38,711 nt of DNA from Azolla caroliniana (taxonomy: Eukaryota; Plantae; Polypodiophyta), in contig JBHGNT010000293.1 of assembly GCA_043228905.1 (NCBI GenBank), positions 1-38,711 on the forward strand, read 5' to 3'. A program made the translations under genes and the position numbers. Positions 20,601 through 32,130 of this stretch are shown here, piece by piece. The notes beneath the pieces are model-generated. The model did no database searches. It saw only the letters and a list, made by a program, of their open reading frames with translations, and was not told the DNA's origin. How positions within the stretch are numbered: position 1 is the first letter of the stretch; every line of letters starts with the position of its first letter.

Positions 20601-21742
20601 TATGCCGGTTGAAGAAGAGCCTTTACGGACTGAAGCAGGCTCCCCGGCAATGGTACCGGAAGTTCGACTCTTTCATGACCGACGAAGGGTACCACAAAAC
20701 GCAGTCCGATCACTGCGTGTTTGTGAAGAAATTCGAAGGAGGAGACTTTCTAATACTCCTCCTGTACGTGGACGACATGTTGATCGTCGGACGGGACCAG
20801 GTCAAGATACGGATGCTGAAGAAGGCTCTTCACCGAACCTTCTCAATGAAGGACTTGGGTCCGGCGAGGCAAATATTAGGGATGCACATCATCCGGGACC
20901 GGAGGAAGAAGCAGTTGCGGCTGTCACAGGAGAAGTACGTGACAAAGGTACTTCACCGGTTCAACATGTCGGAAGCAAGACCGGTCGGGTCAACCCTCCC
21001 GACAAACTGCAAGTTGTCCAGCAAGCAAAGCCCCAAGACAAAGGCTGAGAAGGAGGACATGATGAAAGTACCATATGCCTCTGCCGTCGGAAGCTTGATG
21101 TACGCAATGGTGTGTACAAGACCGGACATAGGATATGCAGTCGGAGTGGTGAGCCGGTACATGAGCAATCCCGGCAAAGAGCACTGGAACACGGTCAAGT
21201 GGATACTCCGATACCTGAAGGGCACGGCAAACGTGTGCCTCCGATTCGGCTCCGGTAAGCCCGAACTCGACGGCTTTACCGATTCGGATATGTCGGCTGA
21301 TGCAGATACCAGCCCGTCCACATCAGGGTATGTGATGACGTATGCAGGGGGAGCTGTTTCGTGGCAGTCGAGGCTGCAGAAGACGGTTGCGTTGTCAACC
21401 ACGGAGGCGGAGTACATGGCGGCTGTCGAAGCCGGCAAGGAAATAATATGGATGAAGGACTTCATTAGAGAGCTCGGTATCCGGCAGGAGGAGTACCGAC
21501 TCTACTGCGACAGTCAGAGTGCCATCCACCTTGCGAAGAACGCGGCCTATCACTCCCGGACGAAGCACATCCAGCGAAGATATCACTGGATCCGGGAAAG
21601 GATAGAAGACCAGGAGTTCGTGCTGACGAAGATCCACACGGACGAGAACGGGTCAGATATGCTGACCAAAGTGCTCACACCCGACAAGCTGGAAGCGTGC
21701 TGGAAGAGGGTCGGACTGGAAAGACATCCCATGCCGAAGTGA
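17652..21742 (+). pseudogene. Copia gag-pol polyprotein broken by one frameshift in integrase (ORFs 17652-19472 and 19451-21742)
   Basis: NYANWKIKMEDLL, CFHCGKPGHFRKNC, WVVDSGAS, LWHKRLCH, VHTD / DNGGEY / NGLAER, QMDVKTAFLHG, LYGLKQAPRQW, YVDDML, EAEYMA, CDSQSA. A short insertion at 19392-19410 shifts the frame. Confidence 0.93.
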
Positions 21743-21750
21743 AGGGGGAG
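21741..21750 (+). promoter_or_regulatory. Polypurine tract
   Basis: GAAGGGGGAG just before the 3' LTR. Confidence 0.9.
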
Positions 21751-21752
21751 TT

Positions 21753-22170
21753 TGTTGGGATTACGGTCCCTCCGGATGGGATGGTCGGATGTCTGGGAAT
21801 CGGGAATGAAGACCCGAATGAAGAGTACCCGGTATCGGATCCGGATGATGAAGACCCGGTTCAGGAGCCGGATGATGAAGACCCGGTTCCGGATCCGGAT
21901 GATGAAGACCCCGGCTACGGAGCCGGATGATGAAGACCCCGGCTACGGAGCCGGATGATGAAGACCCCGGCTACGGAGCCGGATGACGAATGTACCCAGA
22001 GAGAGATCCGGATGCAGGGACATATTTGTGAATATGTTTTCCAAGAGCCCTTTGAGGCTATATTTGTAAATAGCCCGAAAGTCATATGTGTATAAATATG
22101 ACTTAGGGCAAACTGTTTTGTGTTGTTGCTCATCTTTCTGTTTTCCACTTAGAGGGAGCTAAGTGAGCAG

Positions 22171-22215
<45 letters not shown>

Positions 22216-22478
22216 GAAGAGGTCGTTGCCTCTGTGTATTACCACCGCCTGTGGCGAAGACAGTGAGCTCAAGGTTGTTGCCTTGTAGCTTCACCATTGT
22301 ACATCTCTGTTTATAGTGATAGTTGGAGTTTGAGGACTCCCGTGGTTTTTCCCACTTAGGGTTTTCCACGTAAAACATCCTGTGTACTCTTCTCTCTATT
22401 GTCTTCGTGCATTTGGTATTTCCCGTTTTCTGTGAGTAAATCCTATTCCTCGGTTGTGGCCGAGCACTGTGTTTAACA
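21753..22478 (+). repeat. 3' LTR of copia (726 bp)
   Basis: Repeat of the 5' LTR with one extra 28-bp unit, (GA)21, and about 4 substitutions. Confidence 0.96.
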
Positions 22479-23927
22479 GATACGTTGTAGTGATGTGGCG
22501 TGGCCAAAGGTAAAAAGAAGGGGGAAATGGAAGGTCCACTCACATCCACACAAACATATATAAATATGAAGCTATTCCTCTAATATGATCTTCATTGGTA
22601 GAGTTGTCATGAGGAAGTGTAAGTGTAGGTCAATCCACACCGACTCGCGATGTAGGTGTGTGTGCGTGTGTGCGTGTTTGTAATTAATAAAAGTGAATAG
22701 CTTAGTGATTAGAGTTATTTATTAGGTTAAAAAGGGTTTAGAGTTCAAATCTCTAACGGTGCATTGTGAATCATTCACTTTTCTTTTTCGAAATTAAGGG
22801 AATAAGCGCATTCAATGCTGAAATTAGACACCTCTTTTTCTCTATAAAAGAGGAGAAGAGGGCTTATTTTGGTTTGAGAGGGACCATTAGAGGTCGCCCA
22901 CTTGGAGTTTGGAGCGTACCATTAGGTCTTCCCTCTTCTTTGAGGTCACTCATTTTGTGTTTCGAGAATGCACCATTAGGGTTTCTTTTGTTTTCTTCTC
23001 CTCCTCAACCTACTTGACGTTTTAGGGTTGATTTTCCGTCTTCTTTGTGAGTAGTCTTCTTTGTTGTTTTCCTTTTTGGGTTTCTGATTGCATTCTTCTT
23101 CGATGGCTTCTTCGACTTTCGAACTATTTACCTACTTATGTTTACTTCGGAGTTTCAGTCTTCTTCTCCATGACAGAGAACACTATGTGTCAACAATTTG
23201 AAGAGAAGGGTTAGGCTACCTTGCACTTCGATCGTTGAAGGGAGGACGAAGTGACAAGGGAACACTATACTGTTATCTAAGCGTTGTAACCACCGGCAAT
23301 AGTCATAGTCCCAACAGCTCACTTGACTCACCTTCAACGAAACTCCATAGTCTTCCCTTTTGTTCGTTTCATTTTCGTTTTTGTACTAATTGTATGATGA
23401 TTTTGCAAACACTCTACTCAATCTAAAGACACAATTGCCCAATGTTTGCCCACTATGGCACACATCATTGATTGATCAACAACATGATTTTTTTTTTGCA
23501 AGTTGGCCATGTTCGTACAAGACATCCAACTGCCATCGCGAAACATATGAATCCCTCAAAGTGCATGATCCCATGTATGTTGACTCAAATACACCTTCAC
23601 ATATAGAACAATACTCAACACACCCACATCTCAACCTCCTCAATGCCAACCTTAGCGTTGACACTAAGTCTTGTCATGGCCAATGCTAAATGTTCCCCTC
23701 GACCCAATCCTCCAATCACAAGTCAAGCCATATGTTCCAATGGCAAGAATATTGACATTGGTTGCAAGTAGTAGAAAGACACTTGGTAGAACTTAGGCAA
23801 AGAAGCCTTTGTCACCAAAAATGTGAGGAGGGGACACAAGCAAAAAAGAAGACCAAAGTTGTAAAAAAGAATAAAGCTAATGAATAATTTCCTCCTAAGT
23901 TTCTTCTTAAAGTTAGGTATTGTGATC

Positions 23928-24295
23928 ATTAATTAAGCGAGAGAGGTTAGATGGGCAAATGTAGCATTTCTTGAGATTTAACATAGTCATAATAAGCTTA
24001 GAAGCAATTAACAATTGTTTCTAACCATGCCGCTAGCATTAGGCTTGGTCTTGCATCCCTTTGGCCAAGAGGTATTGCGCATATGCCTCTCATTCTACAC
24101 CTTGAGCCAACACAAATAAACTTAACAATAAACATGTAAGTCAAGATTATATATACGTTAGATGGGCAAATGTAGCATGTCTTGAGAGTTAACATAGTCA
24201 TAATAAGCTTAGAAGCAGTTAACAAGTATTAATTAAGTGAGAGAGGTCAGATGGGCAATTGTAGCATGTCTTGAGAGTTAACATAGTCATAATAA
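23928..24295. repeat. Local tandem duplications (three imperfect copies); third copy continues at 28545-28670 after the LINE
   Basis: AGATGGGCAA.TGTAGCAT.TCTTGAGA.TTAACATAGTCATAATAA occurs three times (near 23949, 24160, 24249). Confidence 0.85.
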
Positions 24296-27200
24296 TCCAG
24301 ATATAATTGTTGTGGGCCAAGGCACCATTGTGGAGGGACGTGCCATCTATGTAACAATCAGATGGCAACAACGTATCATTGGAATAATAAATGTGTACGC
24401 GCCCAATTCGACAGCGATGCGGGCCCTTTTTTGGAGGCAATTGGCTGATGGATTGCCGATGGCAGATGCATGGATCCTCGCAGGGGATTTTAACATGACT
24501 ATGCACGCAGAAGACAAGGTGGGGGGCATGCATACGGCGGTGCAGGGGTCAGAGCTAGTTGCATGGGATTTGTTGATGGGTAGAATGGGAGTGAAAGATG
24601 CTTGGTATGTACTAAAAAAGCCTCGGAGCTCATTATGCTTCTCAAGAGCAGGCTGTAATATAAATGGCTATTGTATGTCTCGCATAGACAGAATATACAT
24701 AAGCTCGGAATTGGAAAAATATGGCAGCAATGTTGAAACCATCGCAGGTTCAGCTTACTCTGATCACATGCCGGTTTCGATTACGTTGGTCACTCAGAGG
24801 TTGAACAAAAGGGACTGCAACTTAAGGATTAGTAATAAGCTTTTTGAGGATGTGGAGGTGAGAAGTAAGATAAGGAGTATATGGGAAAATAATCTAGCTG
24901 GTTGTGGTGCTTTGGATAATCTTCAAGGAAAGATTATTGAAACTTCAAAGTATTTGCATGAAGAGACTAAAAATAGATTGGAGAGATCTAAGGAAAGAGA
25001 GGTGAGACTAAGAAGACCGATAGCGGCTGCCCAAAGAATGCTCCAGAAAAATCCCAAGTGTCTTTGGTCAAGATCAGGTTTGGAGGCTGCCAAAGAAACA
25101 CTACAGTGACTGATTGTGTCAAGAAATAAGATGGTATTCAGGAGTTCAGCAACTTGGTGGAGCAGGAATGGGGACAAGGTGAACCAACAATTTTTTAAGT
25201 TTAAAAAACCGAGCACAATTGGTAACTTCATTCCTAAACTGATCAAGGAGGATGGTTCACTGTCAAAAGATGTATCAGAGATCATGGAGGCAGTCACATC
25301 TCACTATAATGGGCTACTATCAAATAATTATAGTCTCCCAGACCAGCCCTCACTGGCAGAATTTGTATTAGAGGGAATGCAACCAAGAATTTCAGAGGTT
25401 GCACAAGTTAAGTTGTCAGGGCCACTCTTGGAAGAGGAGGTGTCAGATGCTCTGGCAAGTATATGTAGAACGTCTTGTCCAGGAGATGATGGATTATCAA
25501 AAGATTTTTATGAAAAATTTTGGGAAATAATTAAGGTTGACCTGGTTGCTGGACTAAATGAGGCATGGGATGATGGGTACCTCCCTGAACATTTTAAAGA
25601 GGGACTAATATTTCTAATTCCTAAGGTAAAGGGTATACTATCAGATGTGAGGCAATGGAGACCGATTACGTTGCTCAACACAATCTATAAGATTTTTGCT
25701 AATATGCTGGCCAAGAGGGTCAAACCCCACTTACATGGGCTAATTAATGTTGGACAAACAAGATTCATGGAAAATAGATGTATAATTGATAATGTGTTGA
25801 CCTTTTGGGAAGCGATTGTCCTGGCGAAGAAAACCAATCAACATATTGCATGCCTCATGCTTGACTTTGAGAAGGCATATGATAGAGTACAATGGCCTTT
25901 TTTAGACAAAGTCATGGAGCGGTTGGGACTACCCTCAAAATGGAGAGCAGCTGCATTGGCGCCTTACAAAGGAAGCTTGAGTAGGGTGTTGGTACTAGGG
26001 CAACAGGGCCCATCAATTCCATTATGCAAGTCTGTCAAACAGGGGTGCCCATTGGCCCCCTACCTTTATTTATTTATCTCAGAGGCATTCTCTTTCTTTT
26101 TAAATAGACCGGATGCAGGAATTCGGGGTTTGGTTGTCCCACATGCTTGTAAGGACTTGTTGGACTCCATGTATGCAGATGACACCATGCTCTATCTGCA
26201 AGGCAATGATGCTAATTTACAGCAGGCTGAAAATCGAATTGAGTTGTTCTGTAAAGCATCAGGTGGGAAAATTAATTGGAACAAAAGTAGAGGGTTTTGG
26301 GTAAGTCCAAACTCTTGGCCGAATTGGCAACCTAATGCTGATTTTCAATGGGTTCCTAATGGAAGGCTGTTAAGTATTTGGGCTTTTTGGTGGGAATAGA
26401 GATTCAGAAAAATCAATAACTTGAGCAAGTGAAAGACAAAATCAGAAAAAAGCTTCGGTTATGGGCATCAGTAAAGCTTTCCCTTGCAGGTAGAGTGGTT
26501 GTGGTAAACCATATTTTGTTGGCCACCATGTGACACTCGTTGGCATGCTGGATGTTAGATAAAGAGTGCATAAAAATATTAAGGCAATGGTGAGAGGGTT
26601 CCTTTGGTCGGGTAGAGACCATGAGACTGCTTCAGCTAAAGTGGCCTGGAGTTGTTTGATCAAGGCAAAAAGTCAAGGTGGACTTGGGATGGTGGATCCA
26701 GGTCACCAAAGTAAGGCTTTACTTGGTAAGCTCTTGGTGCGAAGTCTCCAACCTGGACCAAAATTGTCGAAATTGCTTCTTAGAGACAGAGCTGAACTCT
26801 GGAGTCCGAGGAATGGCGGCCCTTGGAAGGCAAAGATGTGGTGGTTGTTCAGTCCAAGCCTAACGTTAAAAGAACCTACTAGCATGGAGGATAGGGTGGC
26901 CCGCACCATAATGAGGGCCTGGTCAAGTTTAAGAGAGGGGTTGGTCTTAATGCAGCCAAAAACAATGGAGGAACAACTCCGTCAACCTCTGTTTTTGGAA
27001 CCCCAGGATTCGAAGTGATGATGGTATGATGCTTGGTCAGAAAAAATACTTGCCATGGGGAAAAATGGTAGGGTACAATGTTAGTTCGGTAAGAGACTGG
27101 GAGGAGTTCAAAAGGAGAAGAAGGGAGGGTCTGGTTGGAAGTCCTAGATTTACCGGTAGGCTAGAAAAGGTTACCCACTTGATAGATAAGGCTGTTGATG

Positions 27201-28528
27201 GTCTAGCTAGGCTGAATGAAGAAGAGGGGGTCTGGTTTGGGTGGTTTGTAGGTGAGGGCGATGCACAAATTATCCGAGGTAGGTGCCCATCTAATGAGTA
27301 TCGTTTGTGGGGCAACCTAAGTGCTTTGGCAGACAATGGCCAATGGTTGGTTGTGCGAGTGGCAATGTTGGAAGGTAAGAAGTGGCAAGTAAACCCGAAC
27401 CCAGGGAAGCTGGAATCTGATCGTAAACTCTGGATAGTTGACAACAAGCCCATATGTGATCTGGATTGGGATCCACTAGAGGTGTGGTGGCAGAAACCAG
27501 GAACGGACAAACTTGAACGGTTTTTCGAGTACACTACCAAGCTAGGAAGGCAAATCATTGGCTCTAAATTGATGGGTGTTGGCGTAACTCGCAATAGTTG
27601 GAAGGATAAAGGCATTTTTGATGACTGGTTGAAGTCGTTTTGGAGGAGGCTATGGGCGTTTGATATGCCAGAAAAAATAAAGCTTTGGTTGTGGCTTCTT
27701 AGTCACAAAGCGGTGCCGGTGGGGGAGTGGCTTAGGTGTCGTGGTGGTGAGGTTGGATGCAAAAGTTGTGGACACCCTTTGGAATCAATTCCTCATTGTT
27801 TTTGGAACTGCAGCGAGGCTATTAACATTTGGGGTAGAAGTCTCAGGATAGTGGCAGCATGCGGAGTGAATGGGAGAGTTGTATGGGGGTCCGTACAAGG
27901 GCTGAAGTTAACAGGGGAAGGCTGGGCTGAACAGTTAAACCCCCACGGACATGGTTTTATAGTGCAGGATGGCAAGGTGTTTCAACGGGCTGGAGTTCGA
28001 CATGGCACTAACTCAGAATTTTTTGAAGAGATATGGATGATGGTGTCTTGTTTATCGGTCTGGCACATTTGGACCAACCGTTGTAAATTTGTTTTTCAAC
28101 AACAAAAGATCCCTAGCGGTGAGGTATTATTAAATATCTGGTTTGAGTTGGTATCTTGGCTACGGGGACGATATGACTCAATCAAGGGGGAATCAGATGC
28201 AATTGAAAGATCTCGATCAAAGTTCTTGCTGAAATGGGGTAATTCTCCTATGGTGGGCAGATCATCATCAGGGCCTCAATGGAACTACCAAGCACCCCGA
28301 TGGCTGTTTCCGGTTTCCAACAGCGTCTAGGTGCTATAAATCTGTATAGATATGGTACAAATTATTAGGTTATTGGAGTTGTTTGGATACGTTTGTTGAA
28401 AATGAGGTGGGGACTATGTCCACTTTGGTGGGAAGGCCAGAGTGAGGGCTGGTGAGAAGAACTTTGGGTGTTCTATGATGTAATTTTGTTTGCTAACTAA
28501 TGCGAAGTAGTGTTTTTTGGAAAAAAAA
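24296..28528 (+). mobile_element. 5'-truncated L1-clade LINE
   Basis: 16-bp TSD AACATAGTCATAATAA (24280-24295, 28529-28544) and an A tail at 28521-28530. Starts inside the endonuclease; no ORF1. Confidence 0.95.
24297..28330 (+). pseudogene. LINE ORF2 (APE endonuclease, RT, zf-RVT), disrupted
   Basis: INVYAP, AGDFN, SRIDR, SDH; PGDDG, WRPITLLN, LDFEKAYDRV, KQGCPLAP, YADD; CKSC..ESIPHCFWNC. In-frame TGA at 25107, with further stops and frameshifts near 26370, 26570 and 26990. Confidence 0.94.
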
Positions 28529-28880
28529 AACATAGTCATAATAAGCTTAGAAACCATTAACAATTGTTTCGAACCATGCCACTAACATTAGGTATAACGC
28601 ATATGCCTCTTGTTCTACAACTTGAGGCACACAAATAAAATTCACCATAAACATGTAAGTCGAGGTTGTATTGTCTATCTTGATTGCATCAATGAATATT
28701 AAAATTCATTGGAAACAAAAAATTTATATAGGTTTTATTGTCATATGATATTTTGAATTTATTTATACTTTGCAAAATGTGACCCTCGAGTTTCCATATG
28801 GATGACATCTTATAAAATGTAGCATGTTCACAATCGTGATAATAAAATTAAGGTATATTATGAATAAACTACCTATTTGA

Positions 28881-29139
28881 AGAAAATATGTTGCCCCGGC
28901 TTTCCAAGTGTGAATTGTGAAGTGATTGGAGGGTGTCTTTGCTGAATGTGGGTTGTGTGAGGCTCATGTTGATGGGAGTCTGTCGAGTAATTATGTGACG
29001 AGGCTTTGTTGCTTCATTTATACATGATGTTTTCTTGTGGCCATTGGAAAGTGGCTTGTAACATATGAGTTGTATATTATTCTATGTACTTTTTCTTAAC
29101 TAATGGAAGTAGAATTTTTTTAAGATTAAAAAAAAAAAA
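28881..29139 (+). mobile_element. Extremely 5'-truncated LINE 3' end (or LINE-mobilised fragment)
   Basis: 15-bp TSD AAACTACCTATTTGA (28866-28880, 29140-29154), poly-A tail, and 3' motif AACTAATGGAAGTAG shared with the neighbouring LINE. Confidence 0.85.
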
Positions 29140-32130
29140 AAACTACCTATTTGATAGAAAATAATAATAAGTTTTGTTTTTTAGCTTGTTCTTACAAATC
29201 TATAAAATTGGGGTATATTATGAATACACTAGCTATTCAACAGAAATAATAATATGTGTTGTTGTCATTCAACAAATATTATAAACATGTTCTCTGAATC
29301 GTTTTCGTCTCCGTGGTTTTCCATAATTCTAGAGTTACCCATTTATTATACAGTATACTTATTGCAATTGGTTTCTTCACCTTTATATTGAATATCAAAA
29401 TTTGAGCCGATGTTTGATTATCTTTTAAAGTAGCTACCATTACATCAAAACTTCAAAGTCTATGGTTCAAACTTAAAGCATGTTCTTATTATTGTCAAAT
29501 GTTTTTAAGTTTACCTTGACATTCACGGAAACCTCACATAATATTTGGTTCTTAGTCATGACATAAGTTAGTTTAACACATACGTTACATGATTCTTGGC
29601 AAAATAAATTGCGTCAACTCTTTTGGTAAAATTTCACCAATTATAACTTAGCATGGAGGTCATTACCTAAATGTGCATACTTCATGTACAACCTAAATGT
29701 GCCATGGTAATGAAGAAACAAAATAACTTATCCAAGCTTTGCGATTGACTAAATCAACGAATTAGACACAAAGATGTCAAACAATAGCATTACTATTGAA
29801 GTTGATGGTGCTTCCGTTGTTTTTGGGGATAGATGTTGTGAATCGGATAAGATTATCTATAACCTGCCATATAAAAGCAAGAAATGACTTGGCGTTTAGA
29901 AATATCCACATACGTGAAATTACATAAACACGATTTTCATAATGGGATATAAGAGAACCATTAGAAAAAAGGTTATGATCAATTTTAATCAACAATGCAA
30001 TGACATAGTGATGGCTTGTTAAATAGATTAATAGGAACACGACAACATACTTTTTATAAAGAAAAATAACTTTTGAAACATTGATGGATCTATGGCCAAA
30101 TGGGAAGCTTTAGCTTACCAAACATATTAAGAAATATTGAATGGCAATGATTGAGAAACATTATATGAAAGCAAATGATGCGGCATTCATGATTACGTGT
30201 TGAAGCACAAACTTGAAACTTCAATTTCCACACCAAACTAATACATGCACACACTTGATTTTTAACAATGAATTAAATGTGATGGATTGGTGTAAAACCC
30301 CAAAAGTGAAATGAAAAACCATAGAATATTTGCAATATGTTAGAGTAGGAACACTCGAAAGATACATACATAGATATATGCATAAAAGTGTTGAATAACA
30401 TAATGAATAGGGAGATAAAGCAATTCGTCAAATTTTTTATCTAGGAGATTTGTTACTTCTAGCCAAGATAAAAAAACCCTAAAAATAATTATGGCAAAGT
30501 TTCGTTCATTGTTTTATACTATCAAAGAGCGCAAAAGCTTCTTTTTAAAACATGGCATTTACAGTATCCTTAAAACATTGTCTTTATTTGTTTAGGTTTA
30601 TGAAGGTTGAAAACAATAGCATCAACTAATTCACTCTCAAGAATGATCATTGCTAAGGCATGAGCAAAAAGGATATACAAAAAAGATTTGTTTCATCCTG
30701 AAATATAGGCTTTCGTATGACTTCTTGAAACAAGTTCCAATATTATGACTAACTTCGAGCAAACCGTTTTCAACATAAAATGAATGCTAACCATAGTTGG
30801 GTAATTCCAAAGCCCATAGCTTTGGCTTAAAACATGTCTTTTCAAGTTACGGCTTTTTCCAAATGACCATTGATATTTTATGGCATTCTTAATTGCAGTG
30901 GCATGCTTAATTGCAGTTCAAACATTATTGATATCTTTCGTCAATGTGCCCCCATCATTAATTTTAATCCAACAATAATTCATATATACAATGCCAATTG
31001 TTTGGCATGCAAGATTAGAGAAACCTATCAAATTTGATTGAATGAGCAAAATTTGAGTTTGGGGATTACTGAACTCTACCCTTGGAGTCAACCAACCAAA
31101 CAAACATTACATTTGTGTAGTGTCATTCCGTTATATACATGTCATTTCACATAGAGTAGAATGGAGAAAAAATCACATTCCATAACTAACGATGAATTTT
31201 GTATATGTCTGATGTTGTGCACAAACAGGAAAATTGATGGAAAAGTAAATGTCCAACCAGTTTCTTGTATAATTTAGAAGTAATAACCACCACTTTTGTT
31301 TCGCCAATCGGACGACTTAATTCTAAGTAGCAAAGGAAAATGTATGAGATACAGAATTCATGATATAACATCCCGAATGGAGCTTCTAGAGAGAGCCATG
31401 CAAAAGTTTAGTGGAGAATAGGAGGAAGGTCGTACATACAAGTTCTTATGTAGAACACAACGCACCACTCAGTTTTGTCTTGTAATTACGGATTTCATTC
31501 TACTTTCTTTTGCGCTTAGGGATTGATCAGGAACATATTGGTTACAAGTTTCGGCGTTTCGTAGGAATCAGGTCGAGGGTGTTGCAAATGTGAGCATTGA
31601 CTTCTCTTGGGGCCCTCGATATGTATGAATGAGATTTCACTTTTCTCATTGTGAGATGTAGGAGGAAAGAGAAGGTGTTTTCTTTTTTGTTGGTCAAGGC
31701 TATGTATGTAAAAACCTTTAACCAATAGTTTTTGGAAAATCTTCAAGGGTCCTATTTTTATAAATACATTGAATTTGTTTTTTATCCAAACAATTGATTA
31801 ATTGTAACTATAAATATGTATATTATACTTTAGATATCAAATAAACAAATAAATTGATTTTCTATGTTTATTTAGAATTTGATTATCACGTACAGCAATT
31901 AATTAGACTACTAAATATGGTCTATATAAATGAAAGAAAAACAGACCCATCAGAAAACAGAGCGTTTTGCTTGAAAGTTGAAAGTTGAAACCTTTTTTTT
32001 TCCCCTTCCATCATTTTTGCAGCAGAAATAACAGAGTGTCTTGCGTTTTGGAAAGAGACAGAGTGATTTTTGTAAATTCCGTTTTGATTCATTGCAAAGC
32101 TAATTTTGCACAAAAAGGAGTATCAAAGTC

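Larger units (their letters stand above)
16919..22478 (+). mobile_element. Full-length Ty1/copia LTR retrotransposon (Tnt1/Tork-like), one internal frameshift
   Basis: TG..CA LTRs, 5-bp TSD GATAC (16914-16918, 22479-22483), Met PBS, PPT, and gag-PR-IN-RT-RH order. Lineage is inference. Confidence 0.97.

Noticed and set aside
17927-21465. Long antisense and alternate-frame ORFs (139-188 aa) over the copia polyprotein
   Set aside because: Expected shadow ORFs of GC-rich coding sequence; no recognisable domains.
29700-31150. Possible highly decayed DNA-transposase remnant on the minus strand
   Set aside because: Only vague similarity (e.g. FSNLACQ) with stops in all frames; cannot be supported without a profile search.
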